Origin: an uncultured Erysipelotrichaceae bacterium | GTDB taxonomy: Bacteria > Bacillota_I > Bacilli_A > Erysipelotrichales > Erysipelotrichaceae | Assembly: GCA_964436975.1 (NCBI GenBank) | Contig: CAYTET010000001.1 | Coordinates: 1 to 32,000, forward strand | Length of the DNA: 32,000 bases | Direction: 5' to 3' | Shown: positions 28,619 through 32,000 of the stretch, one piece after another | Layout: the number at the start of each line of letters is the position of its first letter | Numbering within the stretch: the stretch's first letter is position 1 | The notes under the pieces: generated by a model | Databases searched by the model: none | What the model saw: only the letters and a program-made list of their open reading frames with translations | What the model was told of the DNA's origin: nothing | Translations under genes and position numbers: made by a program

Positions 28619-29881
28619 ATGCATCAAGTACTTAAAATCGAAGGCGGACATCCTTTATCAGGCCGGATTGAAGTGTCCGGGGCTAAAAATGCGACTGTCG
28701 CCCTGATTCCGGCGGCCATTCTGGCCAGCCAGGTTGTCACCATCACCGGCATTCCTGATATTGACGATGTTGCTTCGCTGATGGAGATTCTGCATTACCT
28801 GGATGTCGATGTTCAGATTGTCGACACCGGCCATATTATCATTGACCCCTCCAGGATGACCAACAAACCGCTGGTCATTGATGCTGTCACCAAACTGAGA
28901 GCTTCCTACTATTTCATGGGCGCCCTGCTGGGCACGTATAAACATGTCATCATCAAAATGCCCGGCGGCTGCAATCTGGGCCCCCGGCCGATTGATCTGC
29001 ACCTGAAGGCTTTCGAGGCCCTGGGCGCCACGGTCAAATACAAAGACAATACTTATGAACTGACAGCTGACCGGCTGGTGGGAACCCGGATCTATCTGGA
29101 CTTCTGCTCGGTGGGAGCAACCATCAACATCATGATGGCGGCCTGTATGGCTATGGGCCGCACCTATATCCAGAATGCGGCCAAAGAGCCGGAGATCATT
29201 GATGTGGCCACCCTGCTGAACAAGATGGGCGCCCGCATCCACGGCATGGGCACCAATGTCATCACCATTGACGGCGTTGACCGGCTGGACGGCTGCTTTC
29301 ATGAAATCATTCCCGACCGGATTGAAGCCGGCACCTTCATCATCATGGCGGCAGCCATCGGTCACAATGTCACCGTCAACAACATCATTCCCAAGCATCT
29401 GGAAGCTTTGCTGTCAAAACTGACTGAAATCGGCATCGGACTGGATGTCGGCCTGGACCATCTGACCGTCAATTCATCATCCCTGCTGACGGCATCCGAT
29501 ATAATGACAATGGTTTATCCCGGCCTGGCCACTGATCTGCAGGCGCCTCTGACGGCTCTGCTGACCCAGGCCCAGGGCCGCTCCACAGTGACCGAGACCA
29601 TCTACCCCCAGCGCTTCAAGCACTGCGAGCAGCTCAACAAGATGGGAGCTGACATCAGCGTCACCGCTCCGACGGCGGTCATCAACGGTCCGACGGCCCT
29701 GCACGGGGCTGATGTGGTTGCCACCGATTTAAGATGCGGCGCCAGTCTGGTTGTTGCCGGGCTGCTGGCCCAAGGCATCACCACGATTGAAGACATTTAT
29801 CATATTGACCGCGGCTATGAAAACCTGGACGGCAAACTGCAGGCTCTGGGTGCACATATCTGGCGGCAGAACGTTGACTAA
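28619..29881 (+). CDS. murA: UDP-N-acetylglucosamine 1-carboxyvinyltransferase
   Basis: [45 protein letters not shown] catalytic Cys; RBS AAGGAG. Confidence 0.96.
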   Translation: MHQVLKIEGGHPLSGRIEVSGAKNATVALIPAAILASQVVTITGIPDIDDVASLMEILHYLDVDVQIVDTGHIIIDPSRMTNKPLVIDAVTKLRASYYFMGALLGTYKHVIIKMPGGCNLGPRPIDLHLKAFEALGATVKYKDNTYELTADRLVGTRIYLDFCSVGATINIMMAACMAMGRTYIQNAAKEPEIIDVATLLNKMGARIHGMGTNVITIDGVDRLDGCFHEIIPDRIEAGTFIIMAAAIGHNVTVNNIIPKHLEALLSKLTEIGIGLDVGLDHLTVNSSSLLTASDIMTMVYPGLATDLQAPLTALLTQAQGRSTVTETIYPQRFKHCEQLNKMGADISVTAPTAVINGPTALHGADVVATDLRCGASLVVAGLLAQGITTIEDIYHIDRGYENLDGKLQALGAHIWRQNVD

Positions 29882-29909
29882 GTTGTTTTAACAATCACTA
29901 TTGACTGAG

Positions 29910-29935
29910 GCCGGAGTTCTATGCTCCGGCTTTTT
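29910..29935 (+). terminator. Rho-independent terminator after murA
   Basis: GCCGGAG-ttctatg-CTCCGGC-TTTTT. Confidence 0.92.
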
Positions 29936-30056
29936 GGCGGTCTGAATCATGTATTGATTTGATACCGGAGCTGAAAACTCTTATGATACTATTAAATATA
30001 TTGGCAAAGACCGATCCAAAATAATCATTCTTTTCAGCCCGCAAAGGAGATCAATT

Positions 30057-31190
30057 ATGCCGCTTCCTTATTCAGACACCCTGCCGATAGGCCGGCTGGC
30101 CAGGATATTTGACAGCACCAGCGAATGTTACAAGTTCTTCTGGTTCAAAGCCGTTTTTAATTTCACCATCGAGGGCCAAACGGTCATGCGCTATGAAGAC
30201 CTGGTTGATGAAATGATTGCTGACGCCTGGTATATGGTTACGGAATACCATCTGAATCTCGGCCCGGCCGATACCCTGGAAAAAGTTGTCAGCATGATAA
30301 GCCAGCGTTCGGCGCTGCGCTCAAATCAGAAAAAAACCAGCATCATTGACTGGCTGAAAAACTCCGAAGACAAGGAAATAATCCGCTGCAAAAACACTTT
30401 GATAATTAACGTCCCCTACCGCCTGCAGTCGCCTTTCTTTACGGCAATCCGCTCGTCAACCGGTGACTGGAAACTGCCAAAAGACGGGCTGATAGTCAGG
30501 CTGAACAGTTATACCGACGCGCTTTATTCCTATGGGCCTTATAAAGGCCTAGATACAGTCATCACCGTAAGACCGGAATGGGCTCTATATCTTATAGCCA
30601 ATCAGCAGGTTATCAGTGGCTGGGTTGAATACTGCATGATCCAGTATCTGCAGAAACGAAATCCGGGGATTCCCGGAATCATCGACAAAATATATCCGCC
30701 GTGTGAAAGAGACTTAAAACTGGTTAAGGTTTATTACAAAGAACTGCTGCAGATTAGAGCCATGCATGACATATATTCCAGCATCACTATAGACAGTAAT
30801 ACCGATATTTCGATAGACCATTTCATTCCCTGGTCATTTGTAGCTCATGACGAATTATGGAACCTGTGCCCGACTTTGAAATGCATTAACAGCAGCAAGA
30901 ATAATTCCCTTCCGGACTGGGTTTCTTACTTTCCGAGGCTTCGAGAACAGGAGTATGAAAACTGCCAGTTAATCTGGAGTTATGATTCTGTTCGCCGGGC
31001 CTTTGAAAGCTGTGCCCGTAAAAATCTTAATGATGATCACATTAAGGCGGTTTTATACCGGCCGGATATTGCCCGGGACGATTTTTACCGCCGACTGGAG
31101 GAAATAATCAAACCATCTTATTTATCAGCAAAAAACAGCGGTTTTGCGAGTTGGAAATATGACAAGGAAAGTTTAAAACATGGCGAATAG
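30057..31190 (+). CDS. HNH endonuclease domain protein with long N-terminal region
   Basis: IDHFIPWSFVAHDELWNLCPTLKCINSSKNNSLPDW HNH core; RBS AAAGGAG. Confidence 0.85.
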   Translation: MPLPYSDTLPIGRLARIFDSTSECYKFFWFKAVFNFTIEGQTVMRYEDLVDEMIADAWYMVTEYHLNLGPADTLEKVVSMISQRSALRSNQKKTSIIDWLKNSEDKEIIRCKNTLIINVPYRLQSPFFTAIRSSTGDWKLPKDGLIVRLNSYTDALYSYGPYKGLDTVITVRPEWALYLIANQQVISGWVEYCMIQYLQKRNPGIPGIIDKIYPPCERDLKLVKVYYKELLQIRAMHDIYSSITIDSNTDISIDHFIPWSFVAHDELWNLCPTLKCINSSKNNSLPDWVSYFPRLREQEYENCQLIWSYDSVRRAFESCARKNLNDDHIKAVLYRPDIARDDFYRRLEEIIKPSYLSAKNSGFASWKYDKESLKHGE

Positions 31191-31770
31191 AACTATTGCC
31201 TATTACGATGAAAATGCCGCTTCTTTTGCGGACGGTACAAAACAGGCCGACATGCACCTTACGGCTGATTTATTTCTGCGCCACCTTCCGGCAAACAGCC
31301 TGATTCTTGATTTTGGCTGCGGCACCGGCCGGGACAGTCTGTACTTCATTAAGCATGGCTGCCGGGTTTCGGCAATTGACGGCTCTGTTGAAATGTGCCG
31401 GATGGCGAGCTCTTTTACAGGACTGCCGGTCCGCAAGGAAGCCTTCGCGGATTTTGCGGATAAAGACACCTATAACGGCATCTGGGCCTGTGCTTCGATC
31501 CTGCATATGCCAAAAGACGATCTGCCTGACATGTTTACCAGACTTGCGGATGCTCTTTTAAATAAGGGTGTTCTATATGTCTCATTCAAGTATGGCGACT
31601 TTGAAGGAGACCGGGACGGCCGCTATTTCACGGACCTGAATGAAGCTTTGCTGCGGGGTATAGTTAATAATGTCTTATCGCTGCACGAGCTTACCATGTG
31701 GATCAGTAATGATGTGAGAACGGATCGTACTCAGCAGAAATGGCTTAATGCGCTGTATGTAAAAGGATAG
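31180..31770 (+). CDS. Class I SAM-dependent methyltransferase (TehB-like fold)
   Basis: LILDFGCGTGRDSLYFIKHGCRVSAIDGS; 11-nt overlap with HNH gene. Confidence 0.9.
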   Translation: MANRTIAYYDENAASFADGTKQADMHLTADLFLRHLPANSLILDFGCGTGRDSLYFIKHGCRVSAIDGSVEMCRMASSFTGLPVRKEAFADFADKDTYNGIWACASILHMPKDDLPDMFTRLADALLNKGVLYVSFKYGDFEGDRDGRYFTDLNEALLRGIVNNVLSLHELTMWISNDVRTDRTQQKWLNALYVKG

Positions 31771-31784
31771 AAATAAGTGACAGC

Positions 31785-31922
31785 GGCCCTTGCACCGAGG
31801 GCCTGAAAACAGTTCAAGTTAGCTTAAACTCGTCCTTGCATCACGGGGAAAGCTATGGTAGCATAATAGAGCACTTACTTTGATTCGATCAGAGATTCAA
31901 GGCAGAAGGAGAAAGAGAAAAA
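31785..31922 (+). promoter_or_regulatory. Possible structured leader upstream of rpmE
   Basis: Stems GGCCCT-tgcaccg-AGGGCC and AGTTcAAG-ttag-CTTaAACT followed by further short pairing before the RBS. Confidence 0.3.
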
Positions 31923-32000
31923 TGAAAAAAGAGATCCATCCTACCGTTTACGAGACCAAGGTTGTCTGCACTTCCTGCGGCAATGAGTTTACGACCCATT
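31923..32000 (+). CDS. rpmE: Ribosomal protein L31, partial (runs off right edge)
   Basis: MKKEIHPTVYETKVVCTSCGNEFTTH; RBS agaaggagaaag. Confidence 0.95.

Noticed and set aside
28658-29398. 246-aa minus-strand ORF opposite murA
   Set aside because: Antisense shadow of murA
1-32000. CRISPR arrays, tRNA/rRNA genes, transposases or prophage genes
   Set aside because: No regularly spaced repeats, no cloverleaf/rRNA sequence and no transposase, integrase or phage structural motifs were seen

Overview
Bacillota-like chromosomal window, dense in metabolic and housekeeping genes. Left end, all on the minus strand: an F-type ATP synthase operon (atpI-atpB-atpE-atpF, then one ORF fusing the delta subunit to the alpha subunit) preceded by upp, glyA and a Sua5/YwlC-type gene, as in Bacillus-type synteny. 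Next is a reduced version of the poorly characterised E. coli yhf operon (yhfZ-yhfY-yhfU-yhfT-yhfS, without yhfX/yhfW/php). It lies beside plus-strand genes for an HSL-type esterase, a ROK sugar kinase and an MBL-fold hydrolase, and a PRD regulator whose HTH start is frameshifted at an 8-nt homopolymer. The middle holds a GNAT pseudogene with one in-frame TGA, a mannose-family PTS (EIIA separated from EIIB-C-D) with a strong cre-like site, a MATE transporter and an AlbA/Schlafen-type HTH protein. The right end holds nfnA/nfnB-like genes, an MFS transporter divergent from a GH1 enzyme with a 6-phospho-glycosidase signature, murA, an HNH endonuclease-methyltransferase pair lying between murA and rpmE, and the start of rpmE (L31). 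Main candidates for new biology: (1) the AtpH-AtpA fusion with a duplicated alpha N-terminal helix, coupled to a two-carboxylate c-subunit; (2) the minimal yhf cluster with adjacent hydrolases; (3) the HNH-methyltransferase cassette. All family assignments are from recognising the sequences; no database search was run.
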